Origin: Octopus vulgaris
Lineage: Eukaryota
Direction of reading: 5' to 3'
Assembly (NCBI GenBank): GCA_951406725.2
Contig: OX597817.1
Coordinates: forward strand, 123,132,001-123,196,000
DNA: 64,000 bases
Below the pieces are notes generated by a model. The model worked only from the letters and a program-made list of their open reading frames with translations, made no database searches and was not told the origin of the DNA. How positions within the stretch are numbered: the stretch's first letter is position 1; every line of letters begins with the position of its first letter. This document shows, piece by piece, positions 13,306 through 27,868 of the stretch. The position numbers and the translations under genes are program-made.

Positions 13306-13679
13306 TATAAATAAAACAACATCCCAAATAAAGAAAAAACTATATATTCAACTGAAGAAGTAACTTGCTGATGCTAGGGTGTCTTTATAACATCTAAGTT
13401 AATAACAACTTTTGCCATGCTGATTTTTATAATCCAAACACTGAACAATGCCATGACACCAGATGAATTTTGCCTCGTACAATATCAATTCTTTTTTAAA
13501 ATAGACTACAAATCAGTCATCTTGAATCACCTTCTAGAAACGCGATATTCTGGAACAGAAACGAAAGAAATGTTTTCTTAAAACAATAAGAATAAGCTCC
13601 AACCTACTATTGAGTAATATTTTGTGTGTACACCCATATGCACATACTCATGCATAAGCCTATATTAAAAAAAATGTAC

Positions 13680-13970
13680 GCATGGTGTGGCAGTGTAGTA
13701 AGAAGTTTGATTTCAACGACATGTTCCCAGGTTCAGTCCTACTGCATGACACATTGGGCAAGTGTTCCTACTATACCTTCCGACTGACCAAAGCCTTGTG
13801 AGTGGGTTTGGTAGATAGAAACTGAAAGAAGCCTGTATCTATTCATGTGACTTAGAGGTTCAGCAAAAGAAACCAACCAACAGAATAAGTACCAGATTTT
13901 TAAAAGATTGTTCAAAGCGGTACCCCAGCATGATCGTATTGTAATGACTGAAACAAGTAAACGATAAAAG
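13680..13970 (+). mobile_element. SINE family A, internally deleted
   Basis: Homologous to 25116-25538. Confidence 0.75.
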
Positions 13971-14242
13971 ATATATGTATATATGTGTGTGTGTTTGTGT
14001 AATATATATATATATGTGTATATATGCTCGAAATACGAGAGTAGAAAAACAGCCAACAGCTGATGAAGGGTCGTTCTTTATGTTGTTTGTCTTGTTTTCC
14101 ATTTGTGTCTTTCGTTGTTCGAATAAATAGTTCATATTCCATGAACTCGCGCTTCGTATTTTTTGTTGTACACGTTTCGTGACGTCCTGTGCCTACATAT
14201 GCATAATATACGTATAGATGTATGTACATATACATATGTATA

Positions 14243-14292
<50 letters not shown>

Positions 14293-14400
14293 CATAAATA
14301 TATATATCTATATATGTATATATATATATTTATATATATATATATTATTTGTATTATATATGTGAATATGTGTGTATATATATTCATAAATATATATATC

Positions 14401-14432
<32 letters not shown>

Positions 14433-14470
14433 CATAAATATATATGAATATATATATGCATGTATGTTTC

Positions 14471-14511
<41 letters not shown>

Positions 14512-14954
14512 TTATTTATATATACATACACACGTGCACGCACACTAATATATTATAGGCATACATGTATTTCTTCATATTAATATTTCTTCAAAGTACG
14601 TTTGATTAAATTGAATGGGTATTTTCCTATCTGTTTCTCCTTATTTCCGCAGCTCACTTTATATTCTTTTTTTTTTTTGTGCGTAGAACAGATTAAGCTG
14701 AACACATATTTTCCTTGAGATGATAAATTAATTTCTTATCCAATATAAACAGATGGAAGCCAAGAAACCTAAACTTATTAAAGAAAAAACCCGGACCCAT
14801 ACAATTCAAAAGCTGAGACGACACAGGCAATTAGAAGAAGTTAGTCGCTATATAATAATATGGATTGTGGTCTACCAATCTGCCAGTCGCACAAAATATT
14901 TAATTGCGGACGCACTTATGAGTTATGGATAATGTAGGACTATGATTGGAATTG

Positions 14955-15245
14955 GTGGAGGCGCAATGGCCTAGTGGTTAGGGCAGCGGACTCGCGGTTT
15001 CGATTCCCAGACCGGGCGTTGTGTGTGTTTATTGAGCGAAAACACCTAAAAGCTCCACGAGGCTCCGGCAGGGGGTGGTGGCGATCCATGTTGTACACGT
15101 TCGCCACAACTTTCTCTCATTCTCTCTTCCGTTTTCTTGGGTAATGCTGCGATAGACTGGCATCCCGTCCAGCTGTGGGGAACACATACGCCACAGAAAC
15201 CGGGAAACCGGGCCCATGAGTCTGGCTAGGCTTCAAAAGGGCGAC
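14955..15245 (+). mobile_element. SINE family D (tRNA-derived)
   Basis: GGCGCAATGGCCTAGTGGTTAGG A box, TTCGATTCCC B box; reverse copy at ~30665-30960. Confidence 0.8.
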
Positions 15246-15814
15246 GTTTATTGTTTTATGATTGGAATTGAGATGAAAACGAAGTTGGTCATTTATATAC
15301 CCCGTGTTTGCCTCAGAGCATCGTAAAAGCTGATTAGTGTAAAAGCGTGTATATGTACTATTAGAGATTAATATGTACTAATAGATATTTCACAAGCTCC
15401 TGGCAGGTTTGGAGGAGTCAAGATGGTGAGGTAGAAAGCATATATGTCAAAAAGACTGACATGAATATAACTAATTCCAACACCACTACTATAGAAATCA
15501 ATGGGAGTGAGGAAACGGCAAAAGGTGAAGTTACGGCTTTTTTTTTTAAATAAAAAGCAACTATTTCGAAGAGGTTAAAATAGGCACACCATGAAACATT
15601 AATCTAAATCCAGGAGTAACATTACAATTTCTCGTAACATAACAAAAGACACATATACCGTAAACGTTTACGGCAGAACACAAACTACCGGTAAGTTTTA
15701 CATAGAAGGCTCGAGCTAGCATTGTGAGAAGGGTTAAACATCTTTTCCCTAGAAAAATCGACTATACATACATACTTACATAATGCATACATACATACAT
15801 ACATACATACATAC

Positions 15815-15862
<48 letters not shown>

Positions 15863-16279
15863 GTATATACATATATATTCTTATGTATGTATATATGTTC
15901 ATATATGTGTATATATTTATATAAATACACATGTATGTATGTGTGCAAACATACATGTGACGTCCCATTGGAAACCGTCCTTTTTTTCTATTCTAAGGGT
16001 TTTTTAGCTCAATATTTAGACGCTTTTAGAGCTCCGAGTTTTACGGCTCCCCAACAGAATTATACATAATTGTGTGTATAAGTGTGTGTTGGCATGTATG
16101 CACATATACCTACATATATGTATAAATATATGCGTATAAATATATATCAATATGTTTGTCTGGCTGCCTGTCTCCGTCCGTCCGTCTGTCTGTCTGTCTA
16201 TCTATCTATCTATTTAACTATCTATCTGTATGTATGTATATATATGTTTTTTTTTTTTTTTTTATTATATATGTATATA

Positions 16280-16361
<82 letters not shown>

Positions 16362-16366
<5 letters not shown>

Positions 16367-16515
16367 AGGTATGGTTGTGTGATAAAAAACTTGGCTTCCC
16401 AGTCACATGTTTCCGGGTTCAGTCCCACTGCGTAGCACGTTGGGCAGGTGTCTTCTACTATAGCATCGGACTGACCAAAGTGGATTTGGTAGACGGAAAC
16501 TGAAAGAAGCCTGTC

Positions 16516-16612
<97 letters not shown>

Positions 16613-16770
16613 CGCGCGTGTCCTTGTCCCAAATCATTTCTGTAACTTAGTGGTTAGGCAAAAGAGATTTAAAAAATAAGTCTTGGGGTCAATTTGTTCG
16701 ACTAAAACCCTGCAAGGCCGTGTATGCTCCAGCATGGTCACAGTCAAATTATTGAAACAAGTAAAAGGAT
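16362..16770 (+). mobile_element. SINE family A with expanded internal (TA)n
   Basis: Homologous to 25116-25538. Confidence 0.8.
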
Positions 16771-16897
16771 AGACGAATACACACACACACAGGTGCACAC
16801 GTACACATATATGTATACATAAAAAGCACAACAATAATGGGAGAAAAGGATATGTGTTTGAGCTAGGTATTCTTTGTTACAGCTGTTACGTATGCTC

Positions 16898-17092
16898 TCT
16901 CTTTTACTTGTTTCAGTCATTTGACTCTGGCCATGCTGGGGCACCGCCTTTAGTCGAGCAAATCGACCCCAGGACTTATTCTTTGTAAGCCTAGTGCTCA
17001 TTCTATCGGTCTCTTTTGTCGAACCGCTTGTTTACGTGGAGCTAAACACACCAGCATCGGTTGTCAAGCGATGCTGGAGCGACAAACACAAA

Positions 17093-17160
<68 letters not shown>

Positions 17161-17302
17161 CATATATACGACGGTCTTCTTTCAGTTTCCGTCTACCAAA
17201 TCCACTCACAAGGCTTTGGTCGACCCGAGGCTATAGTAGAAGACACCTGCCCAAGGTGCTACGCAGTGGGACTGAACCCGGAACCACACAGCCACTCCTA
17301 CA
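16898..17302 (-). mobile_element. SINE family A
   Basis: Reverse-complement match to 25116-25538. Confidence 0.85.
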
Positions 17303-17929
17303 CCTATGTTTCAGTTTTCAGTAATAAACGGTGTCACACTGGTGTTGTAATCCATCCGGGCATCATGTAAGTGCACCTATTCATAATGAAGACCGGTCAC
17401 TTCCTCAGACAGTCCAGAAACACATGCAGATATATGTGTGTGTGTGTGTGTTTGCGCGCGCGTTCTGTGTCTGTGTCTGTCTGTCTGTATGTGTGTTTGT
17501 GTGCACTCACATAAAGAGGATGAGAGAGAGAGAGAGAGAAAGAAAGGAAGATGAAAGAAGAGATGCAGCGTCCTCAATCTAAATGTATTAAGAATCTCAG
17601 TTTCCTCTCTCTTTCTCTCTCTCTCACACATACATATATAGCTGCATATAAGTATATTAAAGAGTGTTTCTATAGCAATCAAATATGAATTACAATATTG
17701 TACCATGCACTATTGCAATCTTCTTTACATAAGAATTCTTTTCAATGGCACATAGATTCTCTTCTTTTGAAGACAGAAATGTCGGAATTATTAGATTCTG
17801 TCTCTTTTTTAATGTAGGTAATTGTTATTTTATCACCCCCAACAGGATTATATATAAAGCTGGCTCAGCTAAGATTTTGATAAAAAAAATATATATATGG
17901 CTATAAATTAGGCACTGTGCTACAACACC

Positions 17930-17987
17930 AATAATAATAATAATAATAATGATAATAATAATAATAACAATAATAATAATAATAATG

Positions 17988-18061
<74 letters not shown>

Positions 18062-18125
18062 ACGAAGAAGAAGAAAAAGAAGAAAAAGAAGAAGAAGAAT
18101 GATAATGATAAGGATAATAATAACA

Positions 18126-18166
<41 letters not shown>

Positions 18167-18175
18167 AATGATGAT
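17930..18175. repeat. Compound microsatellite (AAT)n-(AAG)n-(ATG)n
   Basis: Direct reading. Confidence 0.95.
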
Positions 18176-18179
18176 TTCA

Positions 18180-20170
18180 TTTATTTGCCATCAGGACCAT
18201 GAACGAGGGGGACAATACAAAGACAGGCATAAAGTGTGGGGATTTATGTAGAATGGAATCAGTATACATGGTATCCAATATTAACAAAGAAGAGAGGTAT
18301 ATATGGTATACATCAGTAAGAAAATAATAGTGATTTCTTTCGTTGTCCATAAGGGCCCTAGACATTAAGGATAACATCAAAGAACGTAATACAATAAGAA
18401 CTATTTTTATTGGTCCATTGAGAGCAATTGTTTACAATTCATTGATACAGTACATACGATAGTGGACCTAGAGAATATATAAAACGTGTGGCATAGGACA
18501 AACAGGTTTATCCTACTATAGCGAAGTAGTGAAAGATTTAGGATAATAAACGTGAGGGAAAATTTTAAATTCGTGGAAAAGCATATTAATAGTTATACAC
18601 AATAGTTAAAAGAGAATAAATAAAACAACAGCGTACGGTAAGATCCATTGAAGGTAGAATCCGAGAAGTATGAAATTCCAGTGGTAATCGAAGGTGGAGT
18701 GGTGGTAAAGTGGTTTTTGAAAGGTGGCAGTAGTCCAAGAAATAGTTCGGTAAGGAGATGAGAGCCCGAGAGAGAAGGAGATTCAGTCGGGCAGGATCAA
18801 AAGTGGTGTGAATAAATAAAACACATGGTAAGTGAAACACAATACAATTTATAATTGTTTCTAGTATTAAATAACCAACCATTCAGTTCATAAATGAAAC
18901 CCAATTACGAACTTATAGTTGAGAAATCTTCAGTTATTTTGCCGAGGGCACTCCAACAGCTCTAATTACGCAAACTCTCCATATCATTCATGTGTTTTCC
19001 TACGCTTGGTAAATCAGGAATCTTCTGTGATGAATTCTTCAGTGAAGGTGGGCAAGTAAGATTCCATGTCTTGCAGTTGCTTAACTTGTAACATGAAGCA
19101 CACATACTCGGAATATTCTGTATTACCAGTAACTCTCCTGGTAAGTTCATGGGTATTTTATATGCTATAGGCTGAGAATTCCGTTTGTTTCAGGTAGATA
19201 TATAGTCATCTTCCTGCTTCATGAAACTCATTTCATAGAAGATGAACTCAACTTCAATGAATCCAGGGTTCTTCTAGACAATAGACGGACTTTTGCTTGC
19301 ATTTCTTGATTGCTTTCTGAAAAACTTCTGAGCGGGTTTTGCCTTTTATTGTTTTTTGATTACCAGCAAATCTTTGTCAATCCCCCCTCGGCATCCAACT
19401 AGTTTCCACCTCTACAAGTGGATGGTGGGATAGTTTTGTGACGGGAGCTTCGTTATAATCAGTTTCCTCATGAAAACGCTGTTGTTATTGCTGCTGTCTA
19501 CCATCCTTGTCTTACATCTCTTTCTCCCTGTCACTGCTGGTTATCCCTTCTTTCTCATTAACCCCTGGAAATGAGGTCACGGTAATCTTTTCCGACGTTT
19601 CAAGAGCTGCTCTTAGTGCTGCCTTGAGAGTTGTGTCTTTCGCTGTTTACTACAGTTGTTGCTGCTTTCTTTTAGCTCTTTTAAGCAGAAGCTTTTAAAT
19701 GACTTTTACTAAGAAAGTGACTTCTGTCCAAGAGTCGACAGTGTCACCGATTCCTTCACAGTGATCCTCGTGTTCCTTGTTCCAAAATATCGTAGTACCG
19801 GTTTATAGCTGCTGCTTGGTAAAACCTAAGTTTGAGGCTATCGTCTCGTCCTTGGTTTTAAAAACACTGTATTTGATACCATATGCTCTTTTTCTCTTAT
19901 TGAAGAGATTTTTACTTTTGTACCTGCAAGGTCTATCTGCAATTGCTTCTTTAAAGGGCCGAAGAAAAGCTATTGTAAGCTTTGGAAATGGTACAAGTAA
20001 GATACTTTCCCGTCTGTTCGTTACTGGGAGTTAGCTTATGACGGTAATAAAATGATGTGTGATTTTGTTTTCTCAGTGAAACATTTCAAAGATTCTTTCA
20101 TTTAAAAGTACACTTGCAAGTGATGGTATCGAGCCTGCATTTGAATCACTTTTGTTTGACGATGTATGCA
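18180..20170 (-). mobile_element. Possible L1/Tx1-like non-LTR remnant (ORF1-like region plus pyrimidine-rich 3' UTR)
   Basis: Minus-strand broken frames with KIPMNLPGELLV..PSMCASCYK (knuckle-like) followed by a low-complexity charged region; ends at a microsatellite tail. Confidence 0.4.
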
Positions 20171-20997
20171 TAGTGTGTGTGTGTGTGTGTGTGTGTGCGT
20201 GTATGTATAAATGTGTGTGTTTGGGTGTGAGTGTTATTGTTGTGGAACGTATGGTTTAGAATTCTCCATTATTCGATGAAAAGTTATTTTCCCCCATTTC
20301 CTGTAATTAGAAAGTCTACGTGCTGGAAATAATCTGTTTCAGTTTTTGTTTAATTTTCAGTTTTGGAGTTCTCTTAGTTTTGTTCAGTGTTTGTTAAGTG
20401 GGTGTAGCATTTGGCTCACTAATGTATGTTGGAAGGAATGTCTCTTATGTGTAACGTGTTTGGGTGGTAACATAATGTGTGTAGTTAGCATTTTTTAAGA
20501 GAGTTCATGGAAAGAATTCATTTTCAGTGATGCGTGAATAAAGAACATACAGAAGGAAAGTTTATGTAACAAAAACATTGACATTTATTCAGTAGTGTAA
20601 TGAGTGCTAGCAAGTGGTAACAAGGATTTAATATTGCATATGAATGGGAAAACAAATATATGCGTATGTGAGACAAGAAAAATCGAATGATTTACTATAT
20701 ACACAGAGGTTTATATAAAGAAGAGTGGAAGCTGACATTCATCAAATGAGTTGCGTGTAGCTGGTGGTGGACACAGAAAATGTGACATGTCGAAGAAGGC
20801 GATGTTGCTTCTCTGCCGTCAAATCTGCAACTAGCGTGAAACTGCCGCTTCACTGCTGTAGTGAGTATTTTTAGCTCAGACAGATCACTGCAGTTTTGCT
20901 CATATGCCTCCAGCCCTGATTGACTGCAGTCTTCCACAGCACAACTGATCTATGCTACAGCAGCAAAATAGATATTTCCTGTCACGCTAATAATAAT

Positions 20998-21044
<47 letters not shown>

Positions 21045-21070
21045 TAATAATAATAATAGTGATAATAATA

Positions 21071-21603
21071 AATGCCCTGATGCAGTACCAGTTAGTTGCT
21101 CTCATGGTTTCTCATCTTAACTAGATGGAAGTGTTATGTTAGTATAAAGATGGACTGCAAGAAATATTCTGCTCAATACCACAGATTTACTTGTCAGTTG
21201 TTTGACCTTAACCAGTCGAGTATGCCCTTTTAGTGGCTGACGATATGCGCATCTCTGATCACGAGCAAAAGTAGTAGTGGGGGCATCATAGCCATGTTTT
21301 GAGAGGAATTCTTTCGGGGTTTGCATAATTCACTTCTGGAAGCATAGGTGTTTCATTCATCATCCTTAGATATCCCATTTTCAGGGACCTTTTCAGCGGG
21401 ATAGGCTACTCGACCAGAAGGAAATTCTAAGTGGGCCCCACCTGCAAGGTCATGCACTGTTTATCTTGATATGAGATGACCATGTCGCGCACATATGGTT
21501 ATGATGCATGTGCCTGGTGTACCCTTATCAGAGAGGTAGTCATTCTGGGCTTCGTATATTTTACCCCAGTGTCACTTTGATGGTATGCACTGCTCTCTCA
21601 CTC

Positions 21604-21604
<1 letters not shown>
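21071..21604. mobile_element. Unclassified ~530-bp GC-richer insertion embedded in (AAT)n
   Basis: (AAT)n tracts directly flank both sides (20989-21070 and 21604-21672). Confidence 0.55.
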
Positions 21605-21674
<70 letters not shown>

Positions 21675-22193
21675 TTCTGATATAGGCACAAGGTCTCAAA
21701 CATTGGGGATGCTATAGTATTTTGACTCCTATTACTTATCTGGCACTTACTATTTTGGTCCAGGAATGAGGAAAGGGAAAATAGTAGCTAATTCTCTCTG
21801 AAAACAAACCTGACGGTTTTTAAAAAGGATCATGATGAATAATCGACTCTGTATCAAACTGCGTATGAGAAGACTGGATAATTACAGCAAGTTTACCTAT
21901 GATCAGGGATATTTCAACTGAGACGGGGCTGGAGCTACATGGTGACAATATCGACAACTGTAATAATAGCAATTTCCCTTTCTCCTGTACCAACAAAGCA
22001 TGAAAGTTTGGATGAGGGAGTCTAGTCGGATATTTTGATCTCAGTACTCAAATGGTACTTAATTGATCGACCCCAAAATGATGAAAAGTTAAGTTGACCT
22101 CGGTGGCATTTAAATTCAGAATGTACAGGCGGACGAAATGCTGCTAAGTATTTTGTCTGACGTTGCAAACAATTCTGCCAGCTCGACACCTTC

Positions 22194-22414
<221 letters not shown>

Positions 22415-22416
<2 letters not shown>

Positions 22417-22785
22417 TAGAAATTGAAAAAAATGTGGCGTCTCAAGACGACTACAGTTCCAGTGATTGTAGGATCTCTAGGAATGATAAAACAAAGGTAC
22501 TGAAACCTATTTGAAAATGATACCAGGCTTACCATCCCTACAGGAAGTGCAAAAAATCGTGTTAACTGGAATGGCTCATGTACTGAGAAGAGCATTATCG
22601 CTGTGAAATCAACATCCATTCATGAATTTATTTATTTATTATTTTTTAAAAAATACATACTTTACCTGTGAATTTGCGTGTGTAACCTGGGAATGCATAC
22701 AATGAGCTTCTCTGCCGTAGGTGTACGGAAAACACTCGGCGAGGAACGAAAGAAAATTTGAAGAAAGAAGGAAAAAATAATAATA
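22415..22785 (+). mobile_element. R4/Dong-clade LINE 3' end (restriction-like endonuclease C-terminus + 3' UTR)
   Basis: With frameshifts translates EIEK-MWRLKTTTVPVIVGSLGMIK-GTETYLKMIPGLPSLQEVQKIVLTGMAHVLRRALSL*; flanked by TAA repeats. Confidence 0.8.
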
Positions 22786-25115
22786 CTAGTAATAATTGTT
22801 CCTGATATAGGCAAAAGACTATAAATTTTTGATGGTGGAGGTGGGGTTGAGGGTCATAAGTTAATTAAACTGACTCTGGAGCAATGAAGGTAGGGCTGAA
22901 CTCAATAGGGTTTGAACTCAGAGTGCTGGAAGAAATACTGCAAAGCATTTTTTCTGACAATAACTACTATGTCAGTCCACTATTCTTCTTAATAGTATGG
23001 CAGAATAAAAGACAGTGAATTGGTAGATTCGTTAGTTTGCCAGTCAAGATGCTTAGCGGCATTTCATCTGTATTTACATCTTGAATTCAAATTCCGTCGA
23101 GGTTGACTATGCCTTTCAGGGGCGATAAAACAAGTACAAGTTGAGCACTGGGATTGACATAATCGACTTAAGCCCCTATTGTGAGCTTGCTGGCTTTGTG
23201 GCAAAATTTGAAATCAATAAATATGGCAGAACATAAATTTAGAGGAGGGGGTTAAGTCAATGAAATAGGTTCTAGCACTTGACTGCTACTTATTTTATCA
23301 ACCATTGAAACAAGAAGAGCAGGGTTGACCGTGGCATTATTTGAAATCAGAACATAAATATTTGGAACATATGCCACAAGAAATTTTGTTTGATGCTGCC
23401 AAACTATCATCAATAATATTCATGTTTATACTAACACTACTAATAATGGTTTCAAATTTTGACACAAGGCCGGCAATTTCAGGTGAAGAAGCAAATCGAT
23501 TAGATGGACCTCAATGTTGAACTTGTTCTTATTTCATCGATCGCAAAACGATGATGATAAAAGGCAAAGTTGACCTCAGGGGAATTTGAACTCAGAATGT
23601 AAAGACAGATGAAATGGTGCTAAGTACTTTGCCCAGCATGTTAACTATTCTGCCAGCTGACCACCAGACTAACAGTACTATGAATAAATATCATTTTTAA
23701 CCTAGGCGCAAAGTTAAAACTTTCGGGTTAGGGTAGTTGATCAAATTGACTCCATTAGTAGACAAGTATTCCTCTTATTGATCCAGAATGATGTCTCTAA
23801 GAGATTTGAACTAATAATTTAATCCTGCCAAAAATTTAATGCTTCACTTTATCAATCTTGTCAATCCAACAACATGAAACTAATAATTATAGTAAAATGT
23901 TATCACAGCTACGATATAACTCTACCTTTTAACGTTTAAATATGTAATGCATGTTTATATAACATTATGATAATGTAATATTGCTTTTATATTAAAACGT
24001 ATTTAAGTAAACATGTTTTATACAATATTGTGTTAGTATGAATTTGGATGTATTTATCAACATTTTATGTAAAGCTGTGCTAATGCCCATATAACGTATT
24101 CATGAAATATTCGTGATGTCAGTGTGTGTGAGTGAATGTGTGTATGTATGTGTGTGAATTGCTAAGTATGCATAACTTTTTTCATATAATTGCAACAAAA
24201 TAGTTTACATTTTAGCAAAAATTAAATTAAGTCTAGTTATTTCCTAAGGATAGACACATCAATACCTATACATGTTGATCTCCAGAAAGTAACATATCTA
24301 TACATCCACTTAATATAATTCCATTAAATCAAGATTATGGACTCACGCACAGTAATTTCGATCATTATTCCACATGCCTCTTGTGTGTATATTTATTTGT
24401 TTATTTGTTTATCTCCATATCTATCTTCATGCTCATAATGCTTAAAAACCAATACATTTTATGTTGTGTAACTTATCAGTTTGGCAAATGGAGTTGATAA
24501 AATATATGCATGCCTTTAAAATAAGAATCTGGGTGGATTTCTACAACCAAACACTTCAGAAGTCAGAGTGTATAATTGTATCCGTTCATGTCTCATTACC
24601 TACAATTATTACCTGTTGTACGAGGGAACTGTAATGCGGGGAAATAAGAAACGGCCTAACCATAGCATCCCTCTCTACTCACTCCCTCACGTCTGTTCGT
24701 CGCGTGCGCCGAAGGCAATAGATGGCAAACCTGGTCTTCCTTCACTCACTTCCTCTCTCACCCTTCTTCTTCCCGTCAAGCCTTTTGACCGTTGACGTCA
24801 CAGCCCTTTCCTTCCGGCTTATGTCATCCCCACATTGCCTTACTGGAATAAGTATTTAAGTCAATAGGATTGACTAAAGGCAGTGATAGATGAGCTTCAT
24901 CATGGCTAAAGTCCAGTCATCGAAATGTGTAAAACAATAAGTAGAAGATACATATATATAGATGCATACGTATAAGAGGGGTTGACCACTAAGTGGACAT
25001 CCATTATGCTAGAAGTAGACCCCCTATGGTCTTACCACTAAGAAAGCATTGTTCTCAAGAAACTTTAGCAAACGCCAGAACGTAAGCGAGCAAGACAAAT
25101 GAAAAGATATATATA

Positions 25116-25538
25116 GGCGCAGGAGTGGCTGTGTGGTAAGTAGCTTGTTTACCAACCACATGGTTCTGGATTCAGTCCCACTGCGTGGCACCTTGGGCAA
25201 GTGTCTTCTACTATAGCCTCGGGCCGACCAAAGCCTTGTGAGTGGATTTGGTAGACGGAAACTGAAAGAAGCCCGTCGTATATATGTATATATGTTTATA
25301 TATATGTTTGTGTGTGTGTTTGTGTGTCTGTATTTGTCCCCCTAGCATTGCTTGACAACCGATGCTGGTGTGTTTATGTCCCCGTCACTTAGCGGTTCGG
25401 CAAAAAGAGACCGATAGAATAAGTACTGGGTTTACAAAGAATAAGTCCTGGGGTCGAGTTGCTCGATTAAAGGCGGTGCTCCAGCATGGCCTCAGTCAAA
25501 TGACTGAAACAAGTAAAAGAGTAAAAGAGTAAAAGAGT
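25116..25538 (+). mobile_element. Full-length SINE family A (tRNA head, CORE-like segment, internal microsatellite, (GTAAAAGA)n tail); resembles octopus OR-type SINEs
   Basis: TGGCTGTGTGGTAAG A box, GGATTCAGTCCC B-box-like, CCTTGGGCAAGTGTCTT CORE-like; about 10 copies in the window. Confidence 0.88.
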
Positions 25539-25557
25539 ATATATAGATACATATATA

Positions 25558-27868
25558 CAGTGGCGGATTGGGTCTAAAAATATCGATTGCCTGGAGACTA
25601 AAGCGACCCACCCGTTATGGATGATATAACTATAAACTAGATAAATAGTATTATTCACCTCCACAAATTATATTATCATTTTTTTTAATGTCGGAGATAA
25701 CAAAACAAGAAATGGCTTGACAACGAGCAATAATTTTTAAAGCTAAATATTTAAACCCTTTTGCTCTATATACTTTCGATGTCTGAATTTGTAGGTAAAA
25801 AAAATGAAAATCAATGTATTTACGCATCATGTGCTTAAGGAGAAGAAATTCTTGAGTTGGAGTTTTGGATTAGGACACCTATACAAGTCTAATTTTCTCC
25901 GTTTTGACAGGGACATTTCGAATTGTATTTTTCACTCAGGCCTTGGGGTGATGTGTTGGTGGAAGTGGGGACTTTTTATGAAAAATTGTTTTGAAATTCA
26001 TGATTTTTTCTCCCCTCAGCCCCATCCTCCTGGTCGATATTGGCCAATATTCTTTTTGCACTACACACTTAAAAACCATGAGAGAAGCCTTTTCCATAAA
26101 AAAAAATTGTAAATATTTTCAAACAAAAAGTTTCGCGATTGAAGGGCAATTTGGCTGTTGTTTCTAGCACATCCTCATTTTTTTGTCACTGTCACATGTA
26201 TTGAAGTTTTTCCATAACTTTCTTCCCATAAGCACATTTTATAGAATGAGTATACGGAAGTAACACGCGTGATACATTGAAGGGATCTAAGCAACAACAA
26301 AAAATTTGAAATTTAAATCGCCACCTCCGCCCAAACTATCGAGGCCGTATGTGTGTGTGTGTGTGTGTGTGTAAGAAAACATATTTACTGACAAAAAAGT
26401 ATGCTACTAAAATAAATTATCGGTACTTCTTCGGAATTCCCCCACCCCACCCTATAACTTTTGAACCAGTATTTTTTTTTCAAGTTCATGTTTTCGATAT
26501 CGGAAGTTACGATTTAGCAAAATAGAAAAAGATATTTTTTAAAATTTTAATTCCCTCCACCCCTCCCACTTTATTTGCCTTGTTTACAGTTGACAAGACG
26601 TGCTGTCACGCAGAAAATGACAGCTTGTAAATCCTGTTTCCTGATTGGGAGAAAATTATCAAACTTTAAACCTCCATAACTTTTTAAAAACATTTTTTTG
26701 GAAAACTGAAACAACTCCAGTAATTTAACTTGGAATAGTACATTACTGTGCCAAATTTTAAAGTTTTCGATAAATTTAAAGTTTTGAAATGCCTGTAGCC
26801 AAACCGTCTTCAAACCCCAACCCCATTTCTTGAACTGGTAATTTAAAAAATTCGGATTCCTTTGCGATTTCTGTCGAAATTCTGAATTTAGTTGTATAAA
26901 TAGGGATACAAGACGTACTGAAGCATCCAATTAATCTTTATTACAGTAAATGAACCTATTTCAGCTAAAACATATATAATTGTTTATATATTTGTTTTGC
27001 AAGATTTTTGATGTGAAATCGTGTGTTGAAACAGATATTGTTGTAGTTAGGAACGGTCATTTTGCCAGTTTAGCCAATAAAATAAGATTAAGATTAATGT
27101 AAAAAATAAATAACGCTGAAGCAAAGTAACACCAATGTGCGTGTGTTTTTATCGGCTAAACTGGCAAAATGACCATTCCTAAATACAACAACATATATAA
27201 TTGAATATGTAATAAAAGAAAAACATTATTTCAACTATCCTCAAACGAGGACAGTGGGTTAATATGAGTAAACTTCACGAATTTGACTAATATTTTTGAA
27301 AAGGGTTAAGGTTTTAGGGTTAGGGTTAGGGTTTTAGCGTTAGGGTTGTCATAAATAACAGTGACAATTGAAAAATACGCCACTGGAAGTTCTTGTTGAC
27401 AAACAACGGCAGTAATTTTATTCAGCTGAATACACGTCATTGATTGGTTGAAATTACCGAAATAGGACTACTTTGACGTGAAATTACTTCGTAAGTATAA
27501 GTTTTTCTAAAAAATGCTAAGAGTAGAATATATCTTATATGACCCATTCTGCCAGTGTCCGAAGTTTGAAAGTGTTTAGTTACAAAAAATTATGATTTAA
27601 TATGTGTGTATGCATTAATATGTATATAAATTTAGTTACACTTTATCACCAAAGACTAGCTGTCTGCTGCACCATCCATTTCGGATTCTATTAATTTCCT
27701 AGGGATTTCTTTAACCGCTTTGCATAATTGTTTTTCTTTTTTCCGAAAGCAATGTTTTGATTTCATAGACCCCTTACATACTCGCATGGGCTCCTGTATA
27801 TGGACTCTAATGTCTTAAAGGGCCCACTTGCCATCGAGCAAGCTGACAACCTGGCCAGTCTTCCACTG
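25558..27868. mobile_element. Non-autonomous hAT-type DNA transposon with nested inserts
   Basis: Imperfect TIRs CAGTGGCGGATT / AGTCTTCCACTG; 8-bp target-site duplication CATATATA at 25550-25557 and 27869-27876. Confidence 0.7.
27301..27347 (+). repeat. Short interstitial TTAGGG-like tract
   Basis: AAGGGTTAAGGTTTTAGGGTTAGGGTTAGGGTTTTAGCGTTAGGGTT. Confidence 0.8.

Noticed and set aside
14025-14195. CTGATGA at ~14061 as a hammerhead
   Set aside because: No stem II followed by GAAA downstream; at most a decayed Penelope terminus
14955-15015. tRNA gene
   Set aside because: A/B boxes present but no complete cloverleaf; continues into a SINE body and is repeated elsewhere
27301-27347. Chromosome end
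   Set aside because: Only a few degenerate TTAGGG units, internal to a transposon-like block
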